Shown one piece after another: positions 39,099-48,859 of a stretch of DNA of 51,748 bases (positions are counted from its first letter, which is position 1; each line of letters starts with the position of its first letter). Where the stretch lies: assembly GCA_036676495.1 (NCBI GenBank), contig JAKFCT010000058.1:1-51748 (forward strand). Reading direction: 5' to 3'. The position numbers were made by a program, and so were the translations under genes. The notes under the pieces were generated by a model that was not told the origin of the DNA, searched no databases, and worked only from the letters and a program-made list of their open reading frames with translations. This DNA comes from Candidatus Sericytochromatia bacterium. Its GTDB lineage: Bacteria; Cyanobacteriota; Sericytochromatia; S15B-MN24; UBA4093.

Positions 39099-41489
39099 AT
39101 GCAACATGAATCGCCTCCTCCCCCAACCTCACCGGTCCCCGGCGGCCGCAACCCGGCCCCACCGGAGGCCCTGCCCCCCTACGATCCCCGTGAGATCGAC
39201 GCCCAGTGGCGTCGGCAACGCTGGAGGGCCTACTGGCGCCTGCTGCAGCTCGTCGGCCTGCTGCTGACCTTCGTCCTCGACCACTGGCTCGAAACCCTCT
39301 CCTGGCTGCCCAGCACCGGAGGCCCCGAGGCGCGGCAACGCCGCCACGCCCGGCGACTCCGCGATCGCCTCCTCGGCATGGGCCCCACCTTCATCAAAAT
39401 CGGGCAGCTCCTCTCCACCCGACACGACCTCCTGCCCCTCGCCTACGTCCGCGAGCTGGAAAGCCTCCAGGACCAAGTCCCCGCCTTCTCCCCCGACGTG
39501 GCCCGCGCCATCGTCGCCGAGGAACTCGGCTGCGACCCCCTCGAGGCCTTCGCCGCGTTCGATCCCACGCCCCTTTCCGCCGCCTCCATCGGCCAGGTCC
39601 ACCGCGCCAGGCTCCACTCCGGCGAAGAGGTCGTCGTCAAAATCCAGCGCCCCGGCCTCGCCGAACGCTTCCAGCTGGACCTCTCCGTCCTGCGCTGGCT
39701 CACGACGCGCATCGCCACCTCCCGCTACGCCCAGCAACTTCCCCTGCTCAAGAACATCGACTACCAACCCGTGCTCGATCGCTTCGGAGCCGACCTCTAC
39801 GCCCAGATCGACTTCGTCCAGGAAGCGCGCAACATGGAACGCTTCCGGCGCAACTTCGCCGACTTCGACGGCATCACGGCCCCTAAGCCCTACTGGGAGC
39901 TGAGCACCCGCCGCATCCTCACCCAGGAGTTCATCCAGGGCGTCAAGTTCAACGACTACACCGCCATCGCCGCCATGGGCGTCGACTTCGACCGCATCGC
40001 CAGCCTCGGCGTGCGCTCCTTCATCAAGCAAGTCCTCGAAGACGGCTTCTTCCACGCCGATACTCACCCCGGCAACGTCCTCGTCAAACCCAACGGCGAA
40101 GTCGCCTACATCGACTTCGGCATGGTCGACACCTTCGAACCCGAGCTCACCGACGCGATGGCCGCCCTCTTCGTGCATCTCCTCCACGAGGACTTCCAAG
40201 CCTTCGTCACCGACCTCATCCACCTGGGATTGCTCCCTCAGGAGGTCGACTACGGGCTCGTCACCCCGATTATCGAGGACATCTACCACGCCCAGATGGG
40301 CAACAAGGAAACCCGCTATACCCTGAGCCAAGTGGTCGAGCGGTTGGGCGCCGTGATGTTCCAGTACGATTTCACGATGCCCGAGAAATTCGCCTTCCTG
40401 ATGCGCGCCATGAGCTCCATGGAAGGCATCGTCCTGCAAGTGGACCCCCACTTCAAATTCCTCGAAGTCGCCCTGCCCTTCGCCGCCAAGATCCTCCTGA
40501 GCGACGGCCAGCGCTCGGTCCGCGATCGCCTCATCCGCGAACTCATGCCCGCCGGCCAGCTTCGACTCGGGCGCCTGGTCGAAATCCTGGACCAGGCCTC
40601 CCGCGAACCCTCCTTCCAGGTTGGAGAATTCGCCCGCGTGGGCATCGACTACCTGCTCTCCGACGAGGCCCGCGACCTCCGATGCGCCCTGACGGGCGCC
40701 ATCGCCGCCGAGGTGGCGGGACTCGGCGGAGTCGCCCGCCGCATCGCCGCCGACCCCTCCGTCGACCCCTGGGAAGTAACCGAGCCCGTCCTGCGCTTCC
40801 TGCACTCCCCCGAAGGTGCGGAATGGCTGGAGCAACTGGGCCCCCACATGGAACGCCTGCACGATCCCCAGCTGATCCGGGCCGTGGAAACCTTCGTCGA
40901 CCGGCTCTTCGAACAGGTCGGCCCCGAACGCCTGCTGCGCGAGCTGATGCCCACCGCCAAGATCCTGCTCAGCGACCGCGGCATGGAACTCCAGCCCCAC
41001 GTCGAGGCCCTCGCGAAAGCCCTGGCGGACCCCGACGCCGTGGCCGCCATGGACCGCTCCGCCCGCTGGATCGATAAGCTGAGCCCCGCCTCCATCAACG
41101 ATGCCCTCTTCCTGCTCTCCCTCGCGCTGGATCGCGGTGATCTCGAGTTGAACGCCCTGCTGCAAGCCGGTGGAGAGTACCTGGCTCGCCCCGAGGCCGA
41201 GCCCTGGCGCCAAGCCTTCCTGGGAGCGATGGCCCGCAGTGACCACGACGGCGCCATCCTGGGCTTGGGACAGCGGATTCTGCTCCGCCCCGAGCTGCGC
41301 AGAGGGACGCTGGGAGCCCTGGGCCCCGTCCTTCGCTTCCTGCTGACCCAGGAGGCCACCGATACCCGCCAAGCCATCGCCTCCATGGCGTTCAAGCGCC
41401 TGGCGAGCGGCTGGCCCTTCTCCAACTGGATACCGGCCGCCGGTTCCGAATCGCGCTACCTGCCCACCGAGGAGCCCCTGCATGATTGA
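39099..41489 (+). CDS. ABC1/UbiB (AarF/Coq8) atypical kinase with long helical C-terminal extension
   Basis: GPTFIKIGQ, LQD, AASIGQVH, VKIQRP, FFHADTHPGN, DFG. Confidence 0.92.
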   Translation: MQHESPPPPTSPVPGGRNPAPPEALPPYDPREIDAQWRRQRWRAYWRLLQLVGLLLTFVLDHWLETLSWLPSTGGPEARQRRHARRLRDRLLGMGPTFIKIGQLLSTRHDLLPLAYVRELESLQDQVPAFSPDVARAIVAEELGCDPLEAFAAFDPTPLSAASIGQVHRARLHSGEEVVVKIQRPGLAERFQLDLSVLRWLTTRIATSRYAQQLPLLKNIDYQPVLDRFGADLYAQIDFVQEARNMERFRRNFADFDGITAPKPYWELSTRRILTQEFIQGVKFNDYTAIAAMGVDFDRIASLGVRSFIKQVLEDGFFHADTHPGNVLVKPNGEVAYIDFGMVDTFEPELTDAMAALFVHLLHEDFQAFVTDLIHLGLLPQEVDYGLVTPIIEDIYHAQMGNKETRYTLSQVVERLGAVMFQYDFTMPEKFAFLMRAMSSMEGIVLQVDPHFKFLEVALPFAAKILLSDGQRSVRDRLIRELMPAGQLRLGRLVEILDQASREPSFQVGEFARVGIDYLLSDEARDLRCALTGAIAAEVAGLGGVARRIAADPSVDPWEVTEPVLRFLHSPEGAEWLEQLGPHMERLHDPQLIRAVETFVDRLFEQVGPERLLRELMPTAKILLSDRGMELQPHVEALAKALADPDAVAAMDRSARWIDKLSPASINDALFLLSLALDRGDLELNALLQAGGEYLARPEAEPWRQAFLGAMARSDHDGAILGLGQRILLRPELRRGTLGALGPVLRFLLTQEATDTRQAIASMAFKRLASGWPFSNWIPAAGSESRYLPTEEPLHD

Positions 41490-41796
41490 ACTCACCCTCG
41501 ACATCCCCCAGATCCGGATCATCACCGACGCCCTCATCGCGCTGAAGCCGGAAACCACCGAAGCCTCCTCCGAGGAGCGCCTGCCGGTCGAAGAGATGGA
41601 TCCCCTGATCAACCGCCTGCTCTCGCAAGCCGAGGCCCAGATCGGGGCGCGAAGCTTCACCCTGCGGCTCGCTCCGGCGGATGCCCAGGAGGTGAGCGAT
41701 GCGCTGTCGACGTACCTGGAGGTGGCCGCCGAGGGTGGTGACATTTTCCTGGCCGCCGAGATTGACGCCCTGCTGGGTCAGCTGGTGCGGGGCTGA
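41482..41796 (+). CDS. Hypothetical acidic protein
   Basis: GAGGAG RBS, overlaps the ABC1 stop, coding-like codon usage. Confidence 0.7.
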   Translation: MIELTLDIPQIRIITDALIALKPETTEASSEERLPVEEMDPLINRLLSQAEAQIGARSFTLRLAPADAQEVSDALSTYLEVAAEGGDIFLAAEIDALLGQLVRG

Positions 41797-41861
41797 CGCG
41801 GCGACCATGACGCGGAAGGAGCGCCGAGTATTCGGACCCACGCGCGGGGTATAGGAAGGAC

Positions 41862-42167
41862 ATGTTCGACGTCACGTTCATGATCGGGGAGAGCTCCCGG
41901 ACATTCCAGGTTGCGCCCGGGGCCAACCTCCTCCAGGCCGCCATCGAGGCGGGCCAGCCCATCAAGTACGTTTGCAAGCAGGGCCGATGCTGCACCTGCA
42001 AGGTAAAGGTGCTGCAGGGCGAAAAGAACCTGTCGGCGCCCACGACCAGCGAAACCCTGCGCCTGGGACGCGACAAGATCAAGCGCCAATGGCGCCTGGC
42101 CTGTCAGACGAAAGTCAACGGGCCCATCAAGGTCTCGCATAACGTCTTTCTCGGCGTCCAAGGCTAA
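41862..42167 (+). CDS. 2Fe-2S ferredoxin
   Basis: CKQGRCCTC...RLACQ. Confidence 0.88.
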   Translation: MFDVTFMIGESSRTFQVAPGANLLQAAIEAGQPIKYVCKQGRCCTCKVKVLQGEKNLSAPTTSETLRLGRDKIKRQWRLACQTKVNGPIKVSHNVFLGVQG

Positions 42168-42318
42168 TCCCCATAACGAACGCCCCCGGTGCGCCATTGC
42201 ACCGGGGGCTTCATGATCGACCGGCGCGAAGCGTCGCCTTTGAGGCTCCGGCTGCCAAGACCTGTCCAGGATAACCAAGAAATTCTACTTCGTAAACATT
42301 TATTTCAGGAGCGAAGGT

Positions 42319-42347
42319 GTGACAGCCCGTCCTACGGGCCGTATAAT
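42319..42347 (+). promoter_or_regulatory. Sigma70 promoter with palindromic spacer
   Basis: GTGACA-17 nt-TATAAT; spacer contains GCCCGT-CCT-ACGGGC. Confidence 0.7.
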
Positions 42348-42383
42348 GAAAATCCACGGAGGGATCACGCATTGGAGCGCACC

Positions 42384-42761
42384 ATGGAACCAGCCACCCC
42401 GCAGAACGCGCTGTCGGAGTTTCTTCGCCAGTACCGCCAGACGAATGGCCTGACCGTTCAGGAATTGGCGCAGATCTGTCAGATCCCAATGGCGACGGTG
42501 ATGGGCCTCGAGTACGGCGATCGCCCCCAGGAAGAGGATCTCGAGGCGATCGCCCGCGGCCTGGAGATGCCCCTGAGCACCATCCGCCGCGCCTCCCTCG
42601 GCGAACCGGTCCCGATGGTCCCGGCGGCCCCGTCGTCCGACGGTCCGCGCCCGTCCACCCTGCTCGACGCCATCCAGGGGCTCTCCCCCACCCAGATCGA
42701 GAAGACCAAGGACTATATCCGCTTCCTGCGCTGGACCGAGCAACAGGAATCTCTCGACTAG
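42384..42761 (+). CDS. XRE-family HTH regulator
   Basis: LRQYRQ..GLTVQELA...I......LE.G..P....L.AIA..L; ATG 42384 after GGAG. Confidence 0.85.
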   Translation: MEPATPQNALSEFLRQYRQTNGLTVQELAQICQIPMATVMGLEYGDRPQEEDLEAIARGLEMPLSTIRRASLGEPVPMVPAAPSSDGPRPSTLLDAIQGLSPTQIEKTKDYIRFLRWTEQQESLD

Positions 42762-42808
42762 CCGCAGGCGCTCGACGAGCCGCTCGCGGCTCGTCGACGA
42801 CTCCGCCG

Positions 42809-43615
42809 CTACGCCCGCGCGATCAGCGCGCGCAGCCCCGCATGAAACCGCTCCGGCTCTTCCCACTGCGGAGCGTGCACGCTCAGGTCGAAGGCCACCA
42901 GCTCGGCGCCGGGGATCGTCCGCGCCACGTACTCCGCCGCCGCGAACGAGGCCAGGAAATCCGTCCGCCCATGAAAAACGCTGACCGGCAGCCGGATGGC
43001 CTCCAACCCCGCCCGAAGATCCAGGGTCCCCCCGTCCTCGAACGACTCCAGCGCGCACGGCAGGGAAGCCTCCAGGGCCGTCTGGAAGGCCAGATCCCGC
43101 ACCGGCTGCGCCATGCCGGCATGAAAGATGCCGTCCGTGAGCAGCTTCGCGTAGACCGGACGCGACTTGCCGACCTCAGTGAGGATCCGCTGATGCATCT
43201 CGGGAGCCATGCCGTAAACCCAGCCCGCCTCGCGATCGCGCACCAGCTTCGGGCTGCCGGCGACCAGCGCCATGGCCGCCAGCCGATGCGGGCCGAAGCG
43301 ATGATGGTAGAGCATGCTCACCCCACAGCCCATCGACCACCCCACCAGCACCACGCCGTCGAGATCGAGCTGGTCCAGGACCTCCTTGAGATCCTCGGCA
43401 TAACGATCGTACGAATAGCGGGTAAGAGGACGATCCGAGCGGCCATGACCCCGCAGATCGAGTGCGATCACGTCATGATCGCCCATGAGGTTCGCGAACG
43501 TCGGCTCCCAGAGCCGATGAGACCCCATCCAGCCATGGACCAGCAAGACCGGACGGCCTTCGCCGCGGCGCTCGTAAAAGATCCTGCATCCGTCGCTCAT
43601 GGTCAACATTGCCAT
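42809..43615 (-). CDS. Alpha/beta hydrolase (non-heme haloperoxidase/esterase-like)
   Basis: LVHGW, DLRGHGRS, GWSMG, HG..D, catalytic H; start placed at ATG 43615 after AGGAGG. Confidence 0.9.
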   Translation of the reverse strand: MAMLTMSDGCRIFYERRGEGRPVLLVHGWMGSHRLWEPTFANLMGDHDVIALDLRGHGRSDRPLTRYSYDRYAEDLKEVLDQLDLDGVVLVGWSMGCGVSMLYHHRFGPHRLAAMALVAGSPKLVRDREAGWVYGMAPEMHQRILTEVGKSRPVYAKLLTDGIFHAGMAQPVRDLAFQTALEASLPCALESFEDGGTLDLRAGLEAIRLPVSVFHGRTDFLASFAAAEYVARTIPGAELVAFDLSVHAPQWEEPERFHAGLRALIARA

Positions 43616-43699
43616 CGTGAACCTCCTTCTGACCCTTCCCATCCTAACCGGATCCGCGACCATGAACCGTGTCCGTCATCGCAAGAAAGGAATGCCCCC

Positions 43700-44047
43700 A
43701 TGCCCCACCCCCAAGACGAGCCCCTCACCGACCTCGATGCCCGCAACGCCAAGCTCGAGGAGCGCTTCATCGCCTCCCGGCTCTACGACCCCAGCCTCGA
43801 TCGCAAGATCAAATCCGGCGCCCACGTCGTCCTGATCCCCTTGCAGGATGCCGAGCTGGAAGCCCATAACCGGGCGTACGCAAAGGAGCTCACGGCCAAG
43901 GGCCAGCAGGTCCAGTTGCTGCTCGAAAGCGATCTCATGAGCGAAGCGGCGATCGCCGAGCGCAAACAAGCCGGAAAGAACGCCTACCTCGAAGCCCTCT
44001 CGGGACTCAAGCACCGGCTGGAAGGCGAAACGGAGCAACAGGGTTAA
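43700..44047 (+). CDS. Hypothetical protein, resembles DUF5647
   Basis: ATG 43700 after AAGGA; N..L..F.....P....I..GA.VV..P..D.EL...N...A pattern (recalled, not searched). Confidence 0.6.
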   Translation: MPHPQDEPLTDLDARNAKLEERFIASRLYDPSLDRKIKSGAHVVLIPLQDAELEAHNRAYAKELTAKGQQVQLLLESDLMSEAAIAERKQAGKNAYLEALSGLKHRLEGETEQQG

Positions 44048-44141
44048 GAATCGCAAACTTCCGCACGGCAAGTGATCGATGACCTTGCGGATGAGCTAGA
44101 ATTTCTTAACACCCTCATCACCGCACCTTATTCAGGAAACC

Positions 44142-45167
44142 ATGCTCACTCCCGTTGCCCCGCGTCGCCGCCGTGCCCCCCTCCGCTCCGCCGTCCTGCT
44201 CGGAACCCTCCTGGGTTTCGGCTCGGGATCCATGATCGGGCTTTGGGCCGCCAGCACCCCCGTTTCCGAGCTTCCGGCCGCCACGACCCTGGCCCGCTGG
44301 GCCGATCGCGCCTGGAGCGCGACCCCGTGGGGTTCGCCCCCCTGGGGATCGCCCTCCTGGGCTACGGCCGCCGAACCCGAAACGGGTCCGCGCGATCTCA
44401 CGATCCTGGTGATGGGCACCGATCAGACCGCCGCGCGTCGCTCGCTCAGAGGCAACACCGACACCATGCTCCTGGTGCACCTGAGCCCGGAAAGCCACAA
44501 GGTGAGCGTGCTCTCGATCCCTCGCGACACCCGCATGGCCATCCCGGGACACCGCACCTTCAAGGTGAACGCCGCCAACCCCTGGGGAGGACCGGACCTG
44601 GCGGTCTCTACCGTCAGCCGCTTCCTGCGGGTGCCCATCGACCGCTACCTGCTGGTCGACCTGGACGCCATCTCCGAGCTGGTTGACGCGCTGGGCGGGA
44701 TCGAGGTCGACATCCCCAAGCGCATGGCATACGTCGACCGGACGGGAGGCCTCAGCATCGATCTCGCCGAAGGCCGGCACCGCCTCGACGGCCATCAGGT
44801 CGAATCCTTCCTGCGCTTCCGCCACGACGGCATGGGCGACATCGGACGCGTCTCGCGCCAACAAACCCTCCTGCGCGAGGCCATGCCCCAGGTGATTCAC
44901 CCCATGCAATGGGTGAAGTTCCCGAAACTCTGGGCCATCGTGCGCTCGCACTCCGAGACCAACCTCACCACCCACGACGTGCTGGCGGTCGCCGGCTGGG
45001 TCAACCGGCTCGACCCGGCCTCCGACGTGGAAGTCTCGACCTTGCCCGGCCGCTCCTCCACCATCGATGGCCTGAGTTACTGGGTCGCCGACCGCACGGA
45101 GGCGCGCCAGATGGCCCACCGCATGACCCAGCCGCCCCAGGTCTCCGCCGTCCGCAGCGGCTCCTAG
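44142..45167 (+). CDS. LCP (LytR-CpsA-Psr) family protein
   Basis: ILVMGTD, TDTMLL, SIPRDT, KVNAA, VDALGG, RFR.D..GDIGR..RQ. Confidence 0.93.
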   Translation: MLTPVAPRRRRAPLRSAVLLGTLLGFGSGSMIGLWAASTPVSELPAATTLARWADRAWSATPWGSPPWGSPSWATAAEPETGPRDLTILVMGTDQTAARRSLRGNTDTMLLVHLSPESHKVSVLSIPRDTRMAIPGHRTFKVNAANPWGGPDLAVSTVSRFLRVPIDRYLLVDLDAISELVDALGGIEVDIPKRMAYVDRTGGLSIDLAEGRHRLDGHQVESFLRFRHDGMGDIGRVSRQQTLLREAMPQVIHPMQWVKFPKLWAIVRSHSETNLTTHDVLAVAGWVNRLDPASDVEVSTLPGRSSTIDGLSYWVADRTEARQMAHRMTQPPQVSAVRSGS

Positions 45168-45219
45168 AGCGCGGGCCTCAAGCCTGTGGCGCGGGCCTCT
45201 GCGCCCGCGAATCTCCCAA

Positions 45220-45254
45220 AAAAGGGCCGCCCCCACGCGGGAGGCGACCCTTTT
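45220..45254. terminator. Bidirectional terminator between LCP and kinase genes
   Basis: AAAAGGG.CGCC.CC/GG.GGCG.CCCTTTT stem. Confidence 0.7.
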
Positions 45255-45265
45255 CACCATGGAGG

Positions 45266-45928
45266 CTAAAAGCCCGGCAGCACCAGCTGATTGGGATCCC
45301 GGCGCATCGTGTCGATCATGTCCAGGATGTAATCGAAGTCATGGTAGGAGTTCACGAAGTCCAGGTCGTCCGCCGGCAGCACCAGCTTGGGCGAGAGGTC
45401 GAAGTCCCGGATGAAGTCCTCGTAGAGCTCGTTGAGCTGCGCCAGGTACTCCCGCGGGATGGCCTGCTCGTACTCGCGGCCCCGCAGGCGGATCCGCCGC
45501 ATCAGGGTCGGCACCGAGGCCTGCAGGTAGATGATCAGATCCGGCGGCGTCATCGACGGCAGGATCGACTCGTAGATCCGCAAGTAGGTCTGGTAGTCGC
45601 GCTCGTTCATGATGCCCGTCAGGTAGGAGTTGCGGGCGAAGATGGCCGCGTCCTCGAAGATCGAGCGGTCCAGGATGGACGGACGCTCGGAAGCCATGAC
45701 CCGGCGATAGGTGTCGATGCGCGTGGAGAGGAAGTAGGTCTGGAGATGGAAGGCCCACTTGGGCATGTCGTCGTAGAAGTCGGCGAGATAGGGGTTGTCG
45801 TCGACGGACTCGAACCAGGGCTCGAAACCGAGCTTCTCGGAAAGCCAGCGGGAGAGGGAGGACTTGCCGGATCCGATGTTCCCGGCCACCGCCACGATCA
45901 AAGGTTTATTGGAGAGGTACATCGTCAA
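45266..45928 (-). CDS. Deoxynucleoside kinase
   Basis: GNIGSGKS, NPYL.DFY, DRSIFED, PDLIIYL, RGR.YE. Confidence 0.93.
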   Translation of the reverse strand: MTMYLSNKPLIVAVAGNIGSGKSSLSRWLSEKLGFEPWFESVDDNPYLADFYDDMPKWAFHLQTYFLSTRIDTYRRVMASERPSILDRSIFEDAAIFARNSYLTGIMNERDYQTYLRIYESILPSMTPPDLIIYLQASVPTLMRRIRLRGREYEQAIPREYLAQLNELYEDFIRDFDLSPKLVLPADDLDFVNSYHDFDYILDMIDTMRRDPNQLVLPGF

Positions 45929-45992
45929 CTCGGCATGAAAAGGCCCGTCCGGGCAGGACCCGAACGGGCTCGAGGACCAATCGAAGAGCGTC

Positions 45993-46036
45993 CGCGGCTG
46001 TTGCGCAAGGCCGCGCAGCGGACCTGAAGCAACGAA
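45993..46036. repeat. 44-bp hairpin repeat, family B, copy 2
   Basis: 40/44 identical to 4744-4787 with a compensatory base-pair change. Confidence 0.85.
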
Positions 46037-46042
46037 CCCGCT

Positions 46043-46228
46043 TTAGATCTGGGTCTTCCGCTTGCGGGGCATGCGAACGTTCATGCCGCCATGGAACTCG
46101 CCGGCGGCGAACATTTCCCAGGTCTTCTCGGCCTTGGGGGCCGTCTTGGTGGGATTGCTGGCCTTCCATTGGGCCAAGAGCTGCTCAACCGTAAGAGTGG
46201 CCGGAATGGTTTCGGTAATCGGGCTCAT
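46043..46228 (-). CDS. Small hypothetical protein (61 aa)
   Basis: GAGGAGG 5 nt before ATG 46228; GC3-rich codons. Confidence 0.65.
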   Translation of the reverse strand: MSPITETIPATLTVEQLLAQWKASNPTKTAPKAEKTWEMFAAGEFHGGMNVRMPRKRKTQI

Positions 46229-46474
46229 GATTGCCTCCTCAAGCGTCACACGACCTGCTTGACATGGAATGTCCGCAGCAACGTTCCCTGGGTACTACTG
46301 TAACACGGCCGACCGCCCCCTGAGAAGCCTCGAGTTAACCGGATCCTAAAATAACGCTCGATTGCCGGGGGAAGTCTAAGCCTCCATTTAACTCATCGTT
46401 AATTTCGTTCCGAAACTTGCGCCCGATCGATCAATTGCCTTGGCACCAGGCGTGCGGGCTGTTACAATCGCCCT

Positions 46475-47458
46475 ATGGCTGATCAACACTGGCAATGGAC
46501 CCTTTCCCGGATTCAAGCCCCTCAGGCCTGGCGCTTCACCACGGGCGACCCCTCGGTCGTCGTGGCGGTCCTGGACACCGGGGTGGACTACGGACACCCC
46601 GAGCTGGCCGGTAAAGTGCTGCGCGGATTGAACCTCATGGAGCCCATCCGGGCGCCCCATGACGACAACGGGCATGGCACGGCCGTGTCCTGCATCGCCG
46701 CGGGGGCCGGAGCGGGCCTGCGCCGGCGCTTCCGCGGGGTCGCCCCCGACTGCCGGATCCTGCCCATCAAGGTGAACCACCCGCATTCCGGCCATGTCCG
46801 CGCCCAGCAGATCACCGAAGGCATCTGGCGAGCGCTCGACATGGGGGCCGACGTTATCAACATGAGCGTCGGCTGCAACGTGGGCGAGCCCGGCTTCACG
46901 CATGAGTGGATGGCGCGCCTCGCCGCCGCCGTCCGCGAGGCCCTGGGCCGCGGCGTGCCCGTGGTCTGCGCCGGGGGCCCCCGCGAAGTCCACACCTACC
47001 CCGCCGCGTGGGCCGCCCTGCCCGAGTACAAGGGCCTGATTGCCGTGGGTTCCGTCGATCGGCGCGATCGCCCGCACCGCTGGAGCCCCCGCTGGCCCTA
47101 CGTCACCATGGTGGCCCCCGCCGATGGCGTCACCGGCTACCCTACCTACCACCCGCGCTCCTACGGCCGCTTCGGAGGCACCTCGGCCTCCAGCCCCCAC
47201 GTCGCCGGAGTCGTCGCCCTCATGCGCACCCTGCGCCCCGACCTCACTCCCGCCCAGATCCAGCAGGTCCTCTTCGAGACCGCCGATCCCGTCGGAGGAG
47301 GCCGCTTCAAACGCGTCAACGCGTACCAGGCTTTGCGCGCCATCGCCCCGCGCTCCGGCAAGAAGCGCTTCACCCGCGGCGTGCGCAAGCCTGACAGAAA
47401 CAAAAAGTTTCGTCCCCATGGCTCAAAATGTATAGAAAAGTTACAGGATCCGCGTTAA
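46475..47458 (+). CDS. S8 subtilisin-like peptidase without signal or pro-peptide
   Basis: VAVLDTG, NGHGT, GTSASSPHVAG triad motifs; TTGGCA-17-TACAAT promoter 6 nt before ATG. Confidence 0.85.
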   Translation: MADQHWQWTLSRIQAPQAWRFTTGDPSVVVAVLDTGVDYGHPELAGKVLRGLNLMEPIRAPHDDNGHGTAVSCIAAGAGAGLRRRFRGVAPDCRILPIKVNHPHSGHVRAQQITEGIWRALDMGADVINMSVGCNVGEPGFTHEWMARLAAAVREALGRGVPVVCAGGPREVHTYPAAWAALPEYKGLIAVGSVDRRDRPHRWSPRWPYVTMVAPADGVTGYPTYHPRSYGRFGGTSASSPHVAGVVALMRTLRPDLTPAQIQQVLFETADPVGGGRFKRVNAYQALRAIAPRSGKKRFTRGVRKPDRNKKFRPHGSKCIEKLQDPR

Positions 47459-47503
47459 CATAGGGACGATGTTCGTAACCCTCGTTTGCTAGAGAGGCAC
47501 CCC

Positions 47504-48859
47504 GTGATCAACCAAGCGATCGACCGGTACCACGCCCTCATCGGGGCGGCTAATCTCACGCCCGCCGTTTACCAGGACTTCTCCACCCGTTTCCGGGACG
47601 CCAAGGTCATGTTCGGCGATCGGGTCTCGGTGGAGTACCTGCGCGCCCAGTTCCTCTCGCCCGAGCAGCATGACCTGGTCCGTCACGCCTGCCGGACCAT
47701 CTGGAGCGCGCTCGACAAGCTCAGCGAGGTGATTCCGAACCGGCCCGACCTGATCGATCTCTTGGGGCTCACCGCGCGCGAGCGCGAGCTCGTGGCCGTC
47801 GACCCCGGCTACCCGGGCTTCAGCACCATGGCCCGCTTCGACACCTTCCTCTCCGGTGACACGCTGCACTTCGTGGAGCTCAACGGCGAAAGCCCCGCCG
47901 GCCCCGCCTACACCGAGGCCATGGCCGAGGTCTTCCGCGAGCTGCCGATGATGAAGGAGTTCGAGCGCGAGTACCAGGTCCAGGGCTTCAAGACCCGCCA
48001 GAAGCTCCTGGAGACCTTGCTCGAGACCTATGCCCTCTGGCGCGCCAACACCGGCCTCTACGGCGAGACCCCGGTCATCGCCATCGTGGACTACGAGGGC
48101 CTGCCCACCGTTCCCGAGTTCGAGCTGATCCAGGCCTACTTCCAGAGCCACGGCGTCACGACCCTGATCGCCGATCCCCGCAAGCTCAGCTACCGCGACG
48201 GCCGCCTCTTCTCCGGCGACACGGCGATCGACCTGGTCTACCGCCGCGTCCTGATGACCGAGTTCATCGACCACTGGGATGAGGTCCAGCCCATGTGGCA
48301 TGCCTACCGCGACGGCAAGATCTGCATGGTCAACAACTTCCGGGCCAAGTACCTTCACAAGAAGATGATCTTCGGCCTCCTCACCGACGGCAAGCTTCAG
48401 GAGCTCTTCACCCCCGAGGAGCAGGCGGCCATCCGCCGGCATATCCCCTGGACCCGCAAGGTTCAGGACGGAGCGACCGATTACCAGGGTAAGCCGATCG
48501 ATCTTCTCGCCTTCCTGCGCGAGAGCCGCGATCGCCTGGTCCTCAAGCCCAACGACGATTACGGCGGGCATGGGATCTACATCGGCTGGGAATCGAGCGA
48601 TTCCGAGTGGGAGAACGCCATCCAGACCGCCCTGGGCGCCGATTACATCGCCCAGGAGAAGGTCTCGGTCTCGTCGGCCGACTTCCCCACCGTGCGCGAA
48701 GGCTTGGTCTACGACCACATGAACGTGGACCTCGACCCCTTCGTCTGGCGCGGCGAGGTGGAAGGCTTCCTGACCCGTCTCTCCGGAACCGCCCTGTGCA
48801 ACGTCACGTCCGGAGGCGGGATCATCCCGGCCTTTGTCATCGAGCGGAGGGTCAACTGA
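47504..48859 (+). CDS. Circularly permuted ATP-grasp ligase (glutathione-synthetase/GspS-like)
   Basis: RFD.F...F.ELN.ESPAG, DLVYRR, PWTR, VLKP..YGG.G..IG, QE, R......NV..GGG; GTG 47504. Confidence 0.85.
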   Translation: MINQAIDRYHALIGAANLTPAVYQDFSTRFRDAKVMFGDRVSVEYLRAQFLSPEQHDLVRHACRTIWSALDKLSEVIPNRPDLIDLLGLTARERELVAVDPGYPGFSTMARFDTFLSGDTLHFVELNGESPAGPAYTEAMAEVFRELPMMKEFEREYQVQGFKTRQKLLETLLETYALWRANTGLYGETPVIAIVDYEGLPTVPEFELIQAYFQSHGVTTLIADPRKLSYRDGRLFSGDTAIDLVYRRVLMTEFIDHWDEVQPMWHAYRDGKICMVNNFRAKYLHKKMIFGLLTDGKLQELFTPEEQAAIRRHIPWTRKVQDGATDYQGKPIDLLAFLRESRDRLVLKPNDDYGGHGIYIGWESSDSEWENAIQTALGADYIAQEKVSVSSADFPTVREGLVYDHMNVDLDPFVWRGEVEGFLTRLSGTALCNVTSGGGIIPAFVIERRVN

